From positions 1 to 38,685 of the forward strand of contig JAQXSU010000136.1 in NCBI GenBank assembly GCA_029219125.1: a stretch of 38,685 nt of DNA. The letters run 5' to 3'. Made by a program: the position numbers and the translations under genes. The DNA comes from Bacillota bacterium (lineage in GTDB: Bacteria > Bacillota > Clostridia > Peptostreptococcales > Anaerovoracaceae). Positions 1 to 8,119 of the stretch are shown here, in pieces (position 1 is the stretch's first letter; every line of letters begins with the position of its first letter). The notes under the pieces are model-generated. The model saw nothing but the letters and a program-made list of their open reading frames with translations. It had not been told where the DNA came from and did not search any database.

Positions 1-1898
1 AGATACGGCAGTCCGACTTCAATCATGGCATCCAGGGCTTTGCGGATTTTGCGGTGTTCACGGAAAAAGTCCCGGGCTTCGGCAGCAGACATGTCCAGGA
101 TTTCCACAATGTTTTTCCCGTGATAACGGTAAGACAGCGCCTCCTGACTGTACCGTCTGCCCTCGCAGGCTTCGCAGGTGGTGGTCACCGGATCCATGAA
201 TACCAGCTCGGTGACGATGGATCCCCTGCCGCCGCAGACCGGACATCCGCCCTTGCTGTTAAAGGAAAACAGAGAAGCTACGGCTCCGGTTTCTGCCGCC
301 ATGACCTTTCGGATCTCATCGAAGAATCCCAGGAATGTGGCCGGTGTGGAACGTCCGGTTGCGGTCACCGGAGACTGGTCCACCAGAATCACCCGATCTG
401 CATACTGCCGGGCGAAAACATCCCGAATCAGCGAACTCTTGCCGGAACCGGCCACACCGGTGACCACGGTCAGCACATCCAGCGGAATGTCCAGCGACAC
501 GTTTTTCAGGTTGTGAATCGACGCATTTCTCACCGGCAGAAATCCGGAAGGCTTCCGCGGATGTTCCCGGAACGGTACCACATGTTTCATGGCTTCACCG
601 GTACGAGTGCCGGACAGAAGCAGAGCTTCATAGCTTCCCTGAAAGAGAATCTGGCCCCCGTTTTTTCCGGCCAGCGGTCCCACATCGATGATCTCATCGG
701 CGATGGAAATCACATCCTTATCGTGTTCCACCACCAGGACGGTGTTTCCCCTGTCCCGGAGATTCCGGAGCAGATTGGTCATGCGGTGCACATCTCTGGG
801 ATGCATGCCGGTGCTGGGTTCATCGAAAATATAGGTCATGCCGGTCAGGCTGCTGCCCATATACCGGACCAGCTTCAGCCGCTGTGCTTCTCCACCGGAA
901 AGTGTGGAGGATTCCCGATTCATGGATAAATAATGAAGCCCGATGTCGATCATCCGGTTCAGGGATGCTGTCAAATTTTCCACGATGGTAGCAGCCCTCG
1001 GATCCTCGATGGTCTTCAGCACTTCCACCAGCTGTGAGAACTCCATGGCACACATTTCATCGATACTGTAGCCTGCCACCTTGCAGGACAGAGTCTTTGG
1101 ATTCAGCCGGCGGCCGCCGCAGTCCGGACAGGTCTTCTCTTCCATGAACTGATTCAGACGCTTCAGCGTATTATCGTTCTGCTCCTCCGGACCTTTCATC
1201 AGACAGAGCCGCTGAAACTGGGTCTTGATGCCTTCTACTTTTTTATGTTCTCTGGGGCCGCCCGGCGTGCGGCTGCCGAACAGCAGAAGATTTCGTTCCT
1301 CCGGCGTATAGTCCTTATATTTCTTATCCAGGTCAAACAGACCGGATCCGGTATACTGCTTCCAGTAATAGTTTCCCACGCCGAAGGCCGGCAGATTCAG
1401 CATGGCTTCATTCCAGCTTTTCTCCGGGTCAATGGCCCGCTCAATATCCAGATCCATGATCTTACCGATGCCGGAGCATGTTTTGCACATCCCGTTGGGA
1501 TCATTGAAGGAAAAGTAGGACGCGGTGCCTGCATAAGGCGTACCGATCCTGGAATAGAGCAGCCGCAGCGCAGCGTACATATCGCTGATGGTTCCCACGG
1601 TGGAGCGGGCATTTCCGCCCAGCCGGGACTGGTCCACAATCACAGAGGCCGAAAGGTTGTCAATCTTCTCTACCTTCGGTTTTTCATATTTCGGCAGTCT
1701 GCCCCGCATGAATGCCGTATAGGTCTCATTCATCTGCCGCTGACTCTCTGCAGCGATGGTATCGAATACAATACTGGACTTTCCGGAACCGGATACACCG
1801 GTGAATACAACGATCTTTCCTTTTGGCACATCCAGTGAAACGTTTTTCAGATTATTCTGGCGGAGGCCGCGAATCATGATTTTATCTTCCTGTTTCAT
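1..1898 (-). CDS. UvrA-like ABC ATPase paralogue (UvrA2/class II type, no UvrB-binding domain); 3' end lies outside the window
   Basis: Absent from the ORF track because it runs off the window edge. My reverse translation starts at the ATG at 1898-1896 (SD GAGAGGA 7 nt upstream): MKQEDKIMIRGLRQNNLKNVSLDVPKGKIVVFTGVSGSGKSSIVFDTIAAESQRQ... It carries zinc motifs CKTCSG and CPDCGG, the ABC signature LSGGEAQRLKL and a second Walker A VVTGVAGSGKSS. The plus-strand ORFs 54..929 and 1245..1838 are its antisense shadows. Confidence 0.8.
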   Translation of the reverse strand, partial: MKQEDKIMIRGLRQNNLKNVSLDVPKGKIVVFTGVSGSGKSSIVFDTIAAESQRQMNETYTAFMRGRLPKYEKPKVEKIDNLSASVIVDQSRLGGNARSTVGTISDMYAALRLLYSRIGTPYAGTASYFSFNDPNGMCKTCSGIGKIMDLDIERAIDPEKSWNEAMLNLPAFGVGNYYWKQYTGSGLFDLDKKYKDYTPEERNLLLFGSRTPGGPREHKKVEGIKTQFQRLCLMKGPEEQNDNTLKRLNQFMEEKTCPDCGGRRLNPKTLSCKVAGYSIDEMCAMEFSQLVEVLKTIEDPRAATIVENLTASLNRMIDIGLHYLSMNRESSTLSGGEAQRLKLVRYMGSSLTGMTYIFDEPSTGMHPRDVHRMTNLLRNLRDRGNTVLVVEHDKDVISIADEIIDVGPLAGKNGGQILFQGSYEALLLSGTRTGEAMKHVVPFREHPRKPSGFLPVRNASIHNLKNVSLDIPLDVLTVVTGVAGSGKSSLIRDVFARQYADRVILVDQSPVTATGRSTPATFLGFFDEIRKVMAAETGAVASLFSFNSKGGCPVCGGRGSIVTELVFMDPVTTTCEACEGRRYSQEALSYRYHGKNIVEILDMSAAEARDFFREHRKIRKALDAMIEVGLPY

Positions 1899-1972
1899 AA
1901 CAAAATCCTCTCTTTCGACACTATCCTATCGCAGAAGAAGTTTCTTTTCTCGACGAAATTTGCTGTATTATT

Positions 1973-2047
1973 TCATCTTCCATGGTCTGTTACCTCCATG
2001 CAGGTACTTCCTTCATGGTTCTGTCCATGTATCATTACGATTTTCAT
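1973..2047 (-). other. 24-codon ORF with a strong SD; possible remnant of a flavodoxin-like gene or an upstream leader ORF
   Basis: On the minus strand GGGAGGAAAGCGA precedes ATG, giving MKIVMIHGQNHEGSTCMEVTDHGR then a stop. The first 16 residues resemble N-termini of flavodoxin-fold NAD(P)H-dependent reductases as I recall them. It lies 75 nt upstream of the UvrA-like start. Confidence 0.25.
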
Positions 2048-2172
2048 TCGCTTTCCTCCCGTTTGCTGATTTACCTTATTCTACAATAAAGAAGGAGAAT
2101 CCGATAGTCCTATTTTACAGTGGAATGTGTCCGTTTTATAGGAAATATTTTTTCAAAATTCTGCAAAATGTA

Positions 2173-2201
2173 TTGAAAAATAAAAAATCGTATTATACAA
2201 T
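2173..2201 (+). promoter_or_regulatory. Sigma-A type promoter for the M20 peptidase/transporter genes
   Basis: TTGAAA (2173-2178), a 17-nt spacer, then TACAAT (2196-2201), about 35 nt upstream of the ATG at 2237. Confidence 0.5.
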
Positions 2202-2236
2202 TAAATATCGTCATTTTGCAGAAAGGAGCATGTCAG

Positions 2237-3319
2237 ATGACTGCAAAAGAAATCTTAAAAGACCTGGTTGCAATCAACACCATCGCTGACAGAGATAACA
2301 GTTCTGTTATGGACTATATCGAGAACTTTTTCACGCCGCTGGGTCTCACTGTAGAACGCAGAAAAAATAACGACACCGGAAAAGAAATTCTGATTGCCAG
2401 ATATGGACAGGATCCTGCCTTAGGCTTCCTCGGTCACACGGACACGGTGGATATCACCGATGGCTGGACAACCGATCCGTTCACATTAACGGAGGCAGAC
2501 GGTAATTTATACGGCCTGGGTGCCTGCGATATGAAAGGCGGCATAGCTGCTTTCATGGCGGCCATTGCCGCAACTGATCTGCCTGCCCTGGAGAAAGGAC
2601 TGGCAGTTTACTGTACCTATGATGAAGAAATTCTCTTTCAGGGAATCAAGGATCTCGTAGATACAGAACCTGCATTTCCGCCCCATGTTCTGGTGGCAGA
2701 ACCGACAGATCTGATTCCGATGACCGGCTCGAAGGGACTGCTGGAATATATCTTCACCTTTACGGGTATCACGACCCATTCCAGCACACCGATTGATGGT
2801 AAGAGTTCCAATAAGAATGCGGTTCGTTTTCTCAACCGTATGATGGATTTCGAAGAGGAACTGAGAAAGACTCCAAGCCCGTTTTTCGGTGTTCCGTACC
2901 CGACCATGAATATCGGCATTATCGAAGGCGGAACGTCCATCAACAAAGTGCCGGATAAAACAACCGTTTATCTTGACTTCCGCATCTGTGATTCTCCGCG
3001 GGAATATCCTCTCATTAGGGAAGCCGTAGATCAGGCGCTGGAAGGTCTGGACGGTACATATGTAATCATCAATGATATCCCGTCTTTCCGAAACGACAGC
3101 AGTCTGGTCCATGAATATGAAGCACTGACCGGTAAGGACGGGCAGCCTTTCTTTGGCATTACAGAGGCATCTTTCTTTGAAGGTGACCGCATTATTCTGG
3201 GACCCGGGCCGATGACAGCCCATCAGGCCAACGAACATATCTGCGAAGCAGATCTGGAGCGGACCACTGAAGTATATAAAGAAATGATAATAAAACTCTG
3301 CGGCAGACAGCCATTCTGA
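2237..3319 (+). CDS. M20 family metallopeptidase (ArgE/DapE-like deacylase)
   Basis: Metal-ligand motifs LGHTDTVD, GACDMKGG and TYDEE, plus C-terminal AHQANEH. The track ORF begins at TTG 2216, but ATG 2237 has AAAGGAG 8 nt upstream, so I take it as the start. Confidence 0.85.
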   Translation: MTAKEILKDLVAINTIADRDNSSVMDYIENFFTPLGLTVERRKNNDTGKEILIARYGQDPALGFLGHTDTVDITDGWTTDPFTLTEADGNLYGLGACDMKGGIAAFMAAIAATDLPALEKGLAVYCTYDEEILFQGIKDLVDTEPAFPPHVLVAEPTDLIPMTGSKGLLEYIFTFTGITTHSSTPIDGKSSNKNAVRFLNRMMDFEEELRKTPSPFFGVPYPTMNIGIIEGGTSINKVPDKTTVYLDFRICDSPREYPLIREAVDQALEGLDGTYVIINDIPSFRNDSSLVHEYEALTGKDGQPFFGITEASFFEGDRIILGPGPMTAHQANEHICEADLERTTEVYKEMIIKLCGRQPF

Positions 3320-3395
3320 TCTGTCCAACTTCATTTACCAGTTCTATGATTTTAAATACAGCTAGAATTATTTCAGACTTGCTTTCTGATTGCGG

Positions 3396-3435
3396 TTTGT
3401 GATTCTTTCGACGCTTTATCGAGTTAAATCACAAA
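3396..3435. promoter_or_regulatory. 9-bp perfect inverted repeat TTTGTGATT-N22-AATCACAAA upstream of the transporter gene
   Basis: Read directly: TTTGTGATT at 3396-3404 and AATCACAAA at 3427-3435. It ends 35 nt before the ATG at 3470. It could be a hairpin or a dimeric operator; the function is unknown. Confidence 0.3.
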
Positions 3436-3469
3436 AGTAATTGGAAGGCAGCAGAACAGGAGGTTTATC

Positions 3470-4882
3470 ATGAGTAATGGACCAAAACTGGATGAGAAGA
3501 AAAAATTTCATCTTCCTCATATCTTCATTATTCTATTCTTTATCGTATTGCTGTGTGCAATTCTGACCTGGATCATCCCTGCCGGTGAATTTGACCGGAT
3601 TGAAAACGAATCCGGCCGTATGGTTGTAGTACCGGGAACCTGGCATGAAGTCGATGCATCCCCGGTTGGACCGTTCACGTTCTTCCAGGCGTTCTTCAAC
3701 GGTATGGTCAATGCGGGTGAAATCGTATTCTTCGTATTTATCGCTTTCGCATCCGTATCCTTCATCATTAAGAGCGGTGCATTTGACGGTCTGGTGGTTG
3801 TCCTTATGAAAGTGTTTAAGGGCAAAAGCAGCGTCATCATTATCCCTATTTTTATGGCATTATTCGGACTTGGTTCTTCCACCGTGGGTATGTTTGAAGA
3901 ATGGGTACCATTCATCCCAATCTTTGCGGCGATCTTTATCGGTATCGGCTACGATGCTGTGGTAGGCCTGGCAGTTGTAGCTCTGGGTGCCGGCATGGGA
4001 TACTCCGGTGCGGTGATGAATCCGTTTACAGTAGGCGTTGCCCAGGGTATCGCAGAAGTGGACTATATGTCCGGTGCAGGATTCCGTATTCTCTGCCACA
4101 TTGCGATGATCATCGTCGGTGCCGGTCTGACCATGCGTTATGCTCTGAAGGTCAAGGCGGACCCGACCAAGAGTCTGGTTTATGGTGACGATTTCAGTGC
4201 CCTGGCTACCGGAAATGTGGACGGTCAGGAGAAGGAATTCGGCCTGAAGCAGAAGCTGGTACTGATTGATCTGCTGGCCGCCATCATCATCATTGTTGTA
4301 GGCGTCAAGGTAAAAGGCTGGTACTTTGCAGAGATTTCTGCAGTTCTTCTGATCATGGGCATCATCGCTGCAATCATCATGCGGGAAAGTTTGGATGAAA
4401 TCGGCAACTCCTTCGCCAAAGGATTCCAGGAAGCATGTACCTCTGCCATGATGATCGGTATTGCCCGTGCTACCCTGATCGTACTGCAGGCAGGCAATAT
4501 CATCGACACCGTTGTGTACGGACTGTCCCTGCCGCTGTCTCATCTGCCGAGCTGGCTCTCCGGCATCGCAATGCTGATCATGCAGACGATCCTGAACTTC
4601 TTCATTCCATCCGGTTCAGGACAGGCTGCGGTTTCCATGCCGATCATGGCACCGATGGCAGACCTTCTGGGTCTCACCCGCGATACTGCAGTACTTGCAT
4701 ACCAGTTCGGTGACGGCTTATCCAACATCGTATGGCCGACTGCATTCGCAGCAATCATGGCCGGCCTGGCAGGCGTGAAGCTGGAGAAATGGTGGAAGTT
4801 CATCTTCCCTGTTTTCTTCGCACTGATCGGTGTACAGGCAATTATGATGATCATCGCCGTTATGACAGGCTTTGGCGCATAA
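3470..4882 (+). CDS. YfcC/DcuC-superfamily integral membrane transporter (putative amino-acid/peptide carrier)
   Basis: 470 aa and polytopic. The N-terminus KKKFHLPHIFIILFFIVLLCAILTWIIPAGEFDR is typical of the YfcC family. SD AGGAGG sits 7 nt upstream. Pairing with an M20 peptidase is common. Confidence 0.8.
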   Translation: MSNGPKLDEKKKFHLPHIFIILFFIVLLCAILTWIIPAGEFDRIENESGRMVVVPGTWHEVDASPVGPFTFFQAFFNGMVNAGEIVFFVFIAFASVSFIIKSGAFDGLVVVLMKVFKGKSSVIIIPIFMALFGLGSSTVGMFEEWVPFIPIFAAIFIGIGYDAVVGLAVVALGAGMGYSGAVMNPFTVGVAQGIAEVDYMSGAGFRILCHIAMIIVGAGLTMRYALKVKADPTKSLVYGDDFSALATGNVDGQEKEFGLKQKLVLIDLLAAIIIIVVGVKVKGWYFAEISAVLLIMGIIAAIIMRESLDEIGNSFAKGFQEACTSAMMIGIARATLIVLQAGNIIDTVVYGLSLPLSHLPSWLSGIAMLIMQTILNFFIPSGSGQAAVSMPIMAPMADLLGLTRDTAVLAYQFGDGLSNIVWPTAFAAIMAGLAGVKLEKWWKFIFPVFFALIGVQAIMMIIAVMTGFGA

Positions 4883-4916
4883 TATAAACTCAATCATGGA
4901 CTGGAAAAAGAGTTTT

Positions 4917-4975
4917 AAAAAACGCTTTCACTTTTCCGGGGTGAAATCCCCGGAGGGTGAAAGCGTTTCTTTTTC
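4917..4975. terminator. Bidirectional rho-independent terminator between the convergent transporter and cysK genes
   Basis: A-run, then CGCTTTCAC...TCCGGGG-tgaaat-CCCCGGA...GTGAAAGCG, then TTTCTTTTT. This is a long interrupted hairpin flanked by A and T runs. Confidence 0.8.
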
Positions 4976-4987
4976 AGACTATTCAGG

Positions 4988-5917
4988 CTATTCCTCAAAC
5001 AGCGGTGTGGAGAAATACCGCTCTGCGGTATCCGGCAGGACGGTAACCACCGTCTTTCCTTTTCCCAGCTTCCTGGCCAGCGCCAGTGCTGCCGCCACAT
5101 TGGTACCGCTGGAAATGCCGCACATAAGGCCTTCTTTCGAAGCCAGATCCTTCGCTGTCTGCAGCGCCACCTCGTCAGTCACGATGAAGATATCATCATA
5201 AATCTTCTGGTTCAGCACGCCCGGGATCACCCCGTCGCCGATACCCATCTGCAGATGGGTTCCCACGCTGCCGCCGGACAGAATCGCAGCGTTTTCCGGT
5301 TCCACCGCCCAGATTTCAATCTGCGGATTCAGAGCTTTCAGCGTCTCGCCGATGCCGGTGATGGTTCCGCCGGTGCCGATACCGGAGCAAAATCCATCGA
5401 TGGGACCTGCCACCTGTTCCAGAATCTCCAGGCCTGTATGGTGTCTGTGCACCATAGGATTGGCTTTGTTTTCAAACTGCTGCGGCACGAAGACCTTCGG
5501 ATCATATTCTGCCATCTGTGCAGCACGGTTTACGCATTCTTCAATGCAGTCGCCGATATTGCCGGCATCATGGACCAGAATCACTTCCGCACCGTAGTGC
5601 TCCACCAGCATTTTCCGCTCATGGCTGACGGAATCCGGCATGATGATCACCGTCTTATACCCCTTCACCGCACCCACCAGCGCCAGGCCGATACCCTGGT
5701 TTCCGCTGGTCGGTTCCACGATGATGGAATCCGGCTTCAGGATCCCGTCCTGTTCTGCCTGACAGATCATGTTGTAGGCAGTTCTGGTCTTGATGGATCC
5801 TCCCACGTTGAGTCCTTCGAATTTCACCAGCACCCGGGCGTCTTCCGGACCTGTCATACGGTTCAGCTGAACGATCGGCGTATGGCCGATGGCATCTAAT
5901 ATATTCTGATAAATCAT
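4988..5917 (-). CDS. cysK: Cysteine synthase A (O-acetylserine sulfhydrylase), PLP-dependent
   Basis: 309 aa. Motifs IGHTPIVQLNR, KFEGLNVGGSIKTR (PLP lysine region), TSGNQGIGLA and GIGTGGTITG. Confidence 0.9.
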   Translation of the reverse strand: MIYQNILDAIGHTPIVQLNRMTGPEDARVLVKFEGLNVGGSIKTRTAYNMICQAEQDGILKPDSIIVEPTSGNQGIGLALVGAVKGYKTVIIMPDSVSHERKMLVEHYGAEVILVHDAGNIGDCIEECVNRAAQMAEYDPKVFVPQQFENKANPMVHRHHTGLEILEQVAGPIDGFCSGIGTGGTITGIGETLKALNPQIEIWAVEPENAAILSGGSVGTHLQMGIGDGVIPGVLNQKIYDDIFIVTDEVALQTAKDLASKEGLMCGISSGTNVAAALALARKLGKGKTVVTVLPDTAERYFSTPLFEE

Positions 5918-6564
5918 TTCTCTACTCCTTGCTCGCTTTTATTTATGTATTCGCAAAACTCGCTCACCGTGCAGTGTTCGCAGTCCGGCTTTCTGGCATC
6001 GCAGCACTGTCTTCCGTGGAAAATCAGGCTGTGATGGGTTCTGGACCATCGTTCCTGCGGGATGCGGTCCATCAGGGCAAGTTCTGTTTTCAGCACGTCC
6101 TTTTCATGCACTAGGCCGATCCGGTTGGCCACCCGGAACACATGGGTATCCACGGCGATCCGCTGCTGTCCGAAGCCCACAGAAAGCACCACATTGGCGG
6201 TTTTTCTTCCCACACCGGGCAGTGAAACCAGTGCGTCGTAGTCCTCCGGAACCTGACCGTCGTATTCCGCCGTCAGTACCTTGGCCATGCCGATGATATT
6301 CTTCGCCTTGGTCCGGTACATGCCGATACGCTTCAGACAGTCCTCAACCTCCGAAACATCCGCCGCAGCCAGAGAAGCCGGATCTGGATATTTTGCGAAG
6401 AGGGCCGGCGTCACCTGATTGACGCTTTTATCCGTGGTCTGTGCCGACAGGGCCACTGCCACAATCAGCTGAAACACATTTTCGTGGTGGAGCGCACATT
6501 CCGCATCGGGATACTGCATTTCGAGCCGGTCCAGTATTTCATTGATATCTTCCTGTTTTACCAT
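5914..6564 (-). CDS. nth: Endonuclease III (DNA-(apurinic or apyrimidinic site) lyase)
   Basis: HhH-GPD motif LPGVGRKTANVV and a C-terminal 4Fe-4S ligand pattern C-x6-C-x2-C-x5-C (CDARKPDCEHCTVSEFC). I prefer the ATG at 6564 (SD CAGGAGG upstream) over the track start at 6669. Its stop overlaps the cysK ATG by 4 nt. Confidence 0.9.
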   Translation of the reverse strand: MVKQEDINEILDRLEMQYPDAECALHHENVFQLIVAVALSAQTTDKSVNQVTPALFAKYPDPASLAAADVSEVEDCLKRIGMYRTKAKNIIGMAKVLTAEYDGQVPEDYDALVSLPGVGRKTANVVLSVGFGQQRIAVDTHVFRVANRIGLVHEKDVLKTELALMDRIPQERWSRTHHSLIFHGRQCCDARKPDCEHCTVSEFCEYINKSEQGVEK

Positions 6565-6618
6565 GTTTTCCTCCTGAAGCATGAAATGCCGAATATTATA
6601 TACCCCAAAATCTATAAC

Positions 6619-6647
6619 TTGACGCTTTTTTTTCGCCGTGATACAAT
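6619..6647 (+). promoter_or_regulatory. Sigma-A type promoter of the GntR-family gene
   Basis: TTGACG (6619-6624), a 17-nt spacer, then TACAAT (6642-6647). Confidence 0.55.
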
Positions 6648-6656
6648 AAAAAATAT

Positions 6657-6672
6657 AAATTGTATACAATTT
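6657..6672. promoter_or_regulatory. Perfect 16-bp palindrome AAATTGTATACAATTT; candidate GntR-family operator
   Basis: The sequence is its own reverse complement. It starts 10 nt downstream of the -10 hexamer and ends 18 nt upstream of the regulator ATG. The core TTGTATACAA fits the GT-N-AC type sites used by GntR/FadR regulators. Confidence 0.55.
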
Positions 6673-6689
6673 CGTGTTGAGGTGTAGAA

Positions 6690-7349
6690 ATGATCAATCT
6701 GGATTCCATCATCGATCCGTCCATCGTTCAGAAAACCATGGCGGAAAAAATAGAAGAAGAGCTGAAAACAGAGATTTTGACGGGAAAGCTCCGACCGGGA
6801 CAGCGTATCGTCGAGCAGAAGCTCTGCGACCGGTACGGGATCAGCAGAACGCCGATACGGGAGATTTTGCGCCATGTGGAGGCAGAAGGTCTCATTGAGA
6901 CCATTCCCAATCGGGGTGCCGTCGTGAAGGGCTTTACGTCCCGTGAGATCGACGACTTTTTCCTGCTGAAGGCACCGCTGGAGGTGCAGTGCGTGCGATG
7001 GGCCATCGACCGGATTACGCCGGAGGAAATGGATATGCTGGAGCAGATTTTTGAATTCATGGAGTTTTACACCATGAGCGGTGATCTGGAAAAAATGCTC
7101 CGGATCAACCACGGCTTTGACACAGCCCTGTATCAGGCCTGTCATAACCGGGAACTGGAAGCGACCTTATCCCGCTACAATTTTTATCTGCACCATGCCA
7201 ATGCGAAGGTTCGTTATCCGGCCAACTATCTTCCTGTAGTACTGGAAGAGCACCGGGCTATCTTTCAGGCATTTCGCAGCAGGGATCCGGAAGCCGGAGC
7301 AGAAGCAACGGAAATCCACATGCTGCGGACCATGATTCGACGGGTATAG
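6690..7349 (+). CDS. GntR family transcriptional regulator, FadR/FCD subfamily
   Basis: N-terminal winged HTH (LRPGQRIVEQKLCDRYGISRTPIREILRHVEAEGLIETIPNRGAVV) followed by an all-helical FCD-like C-terminal domain. SD GAGGTG is 5 nt upstream. Confidence 0.85.
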   Translation: MINLDSIIDPSIVQKTMAEKIEEELKTEILTGKLRPGQRIVEQKLCDRYGISRTPIREILRHVEAEGLIETIPNRGAVVKGFTSREIDDFFLLKAPLEVQCVRWAIDRITPEEMDMLEQIFEFMEFYTMSGDLEKMLRINHGFDTALYQACHNRELEATLSRYNFYLHHANAKVRYPANYLPVVLEEHRAIFQAFRSRDPEAGAEATEIHMLRTMIRRV

Positions 7350-7364
7350 GATTCATTCCGGATT

Positions 7365-7976
7365 TCAACCAGGCAGCCCCATATGTTCCACCAGGGTCTT
7401 CAGCCCCATCAGAATCAGAATCAGACCGCCGGCAATGCCGGCTTTGGTTTTCTGGCGCCCCCCGAACCGATGTCCCAGAATCACGCCTGTACACGAAAGG
7501 ATGAAAGTGATCATGCCGATGAGACTGACAGCAGGCAGGATGCGGACCTGCAGAAATGCAAAGGTGATACCCGCTGCCAGCGCGTCGATACTGGTGGCAA
7601 GAGCAAGGGAAAGGATTTCCCTCAGCCGCAGCAGACCCGACGGACGCTGCAGCTGGAAACACGGGTCTGCAGCGCTCTCATGAAAGCTTTCTCTGTTGGC
7701 GCTGTCACCTGCTGCATCCCAGATCATCCTGCTGCCGATAAAGGTCAGCAGAAGGAACGCTGCCCAGTGATCCACAGCTTTGACGGATGCTTCAAACTGT
7801 CTGCCCAGGAAATATCCTGCTGCCGGCATCATGGCCTGAAATGTGCCGAAAGCAACTCCGATTTGCAGTATAATATTTATTGTCAACTTCTTTAACGTGA
7901 GCCCCTGGCATATGGCAGCTGCGAAGGCATCCATGGACAGTCCCAGTCCCACCAGCATAATCTCAAAAATCCCCAT
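7365..7976 (-). CDS. mntP: Manganese efflux pump MntP
   Basis: 203 aa, 6 TM, with two DUF204-type repeats: GLSMDAFAAAI near the N-terminus and ATSIDALAAGITF in the second half. Confidence 0.8.
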   Translation of the reverse strand: MGIFEIMLVGLGLSMDAFAAAICQGLTLKKLTINIILQIGVAFGTFQAMMPAAGYFLGRQFEASVKAVDHWAAFLLLTFIGSRMIWDAAGDSANRESFHESAADPCFQLQRPSGLLRLREILSLALATSIDALAAGITFAFLQVRILPAVSLIGMITFILSCTGVILGHRFGGRQKTKAGIAGGLILILMGLKTLVEHMGLPG

Positions 7977-8043
7977 ATGATTTATGCTTCCCCTTTCCGC
8001 TCTTAGAAGCAGTATATGCGGGGATGCCGCCTTTCAAACCACG

Positions 8044-8082
8044 AAAAAACCGTGCCGCCAGATGTTACAGCACGGTATTTTT
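8044..8082 (-). terminator. Rho-independent terminator downstream of clpB
   Basis: ACCGTGC (8049-8055) pairs with GCACGGT (8070-8076). A T-run follows on the minus strand (A-run 8044-8049 on plus). Confidence 0.7.
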
Positions 8083-8119
8083 ATTGTTTCAGATTCGGTT
8101 GTCCGGATTCGATTGTTTC

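Noticed and set aside
1756-2289. 177-aa plus-strand ORF spanning the uvrA-like/M20 intergenic region
   Set aside because: It starts inside the antisense strand of the uvrA-like gene and crosses an AT-rich promoter region. Its translation is low complexity (Phe/Ser/Leu rich) and it has no SD.
7977-8043. Possible yybP-ykoY (Mn2+) riboswitch upstream of mntP
   Set aside because: Only about 65 nt separate the mntP ATG from the clpB terminator, too short for the four-helix riboswitch. The AAAGGGGAAG I noticed is simply the SD. I could not find the conserved GGGGAGUAG...UUGACA...AGACC elements.
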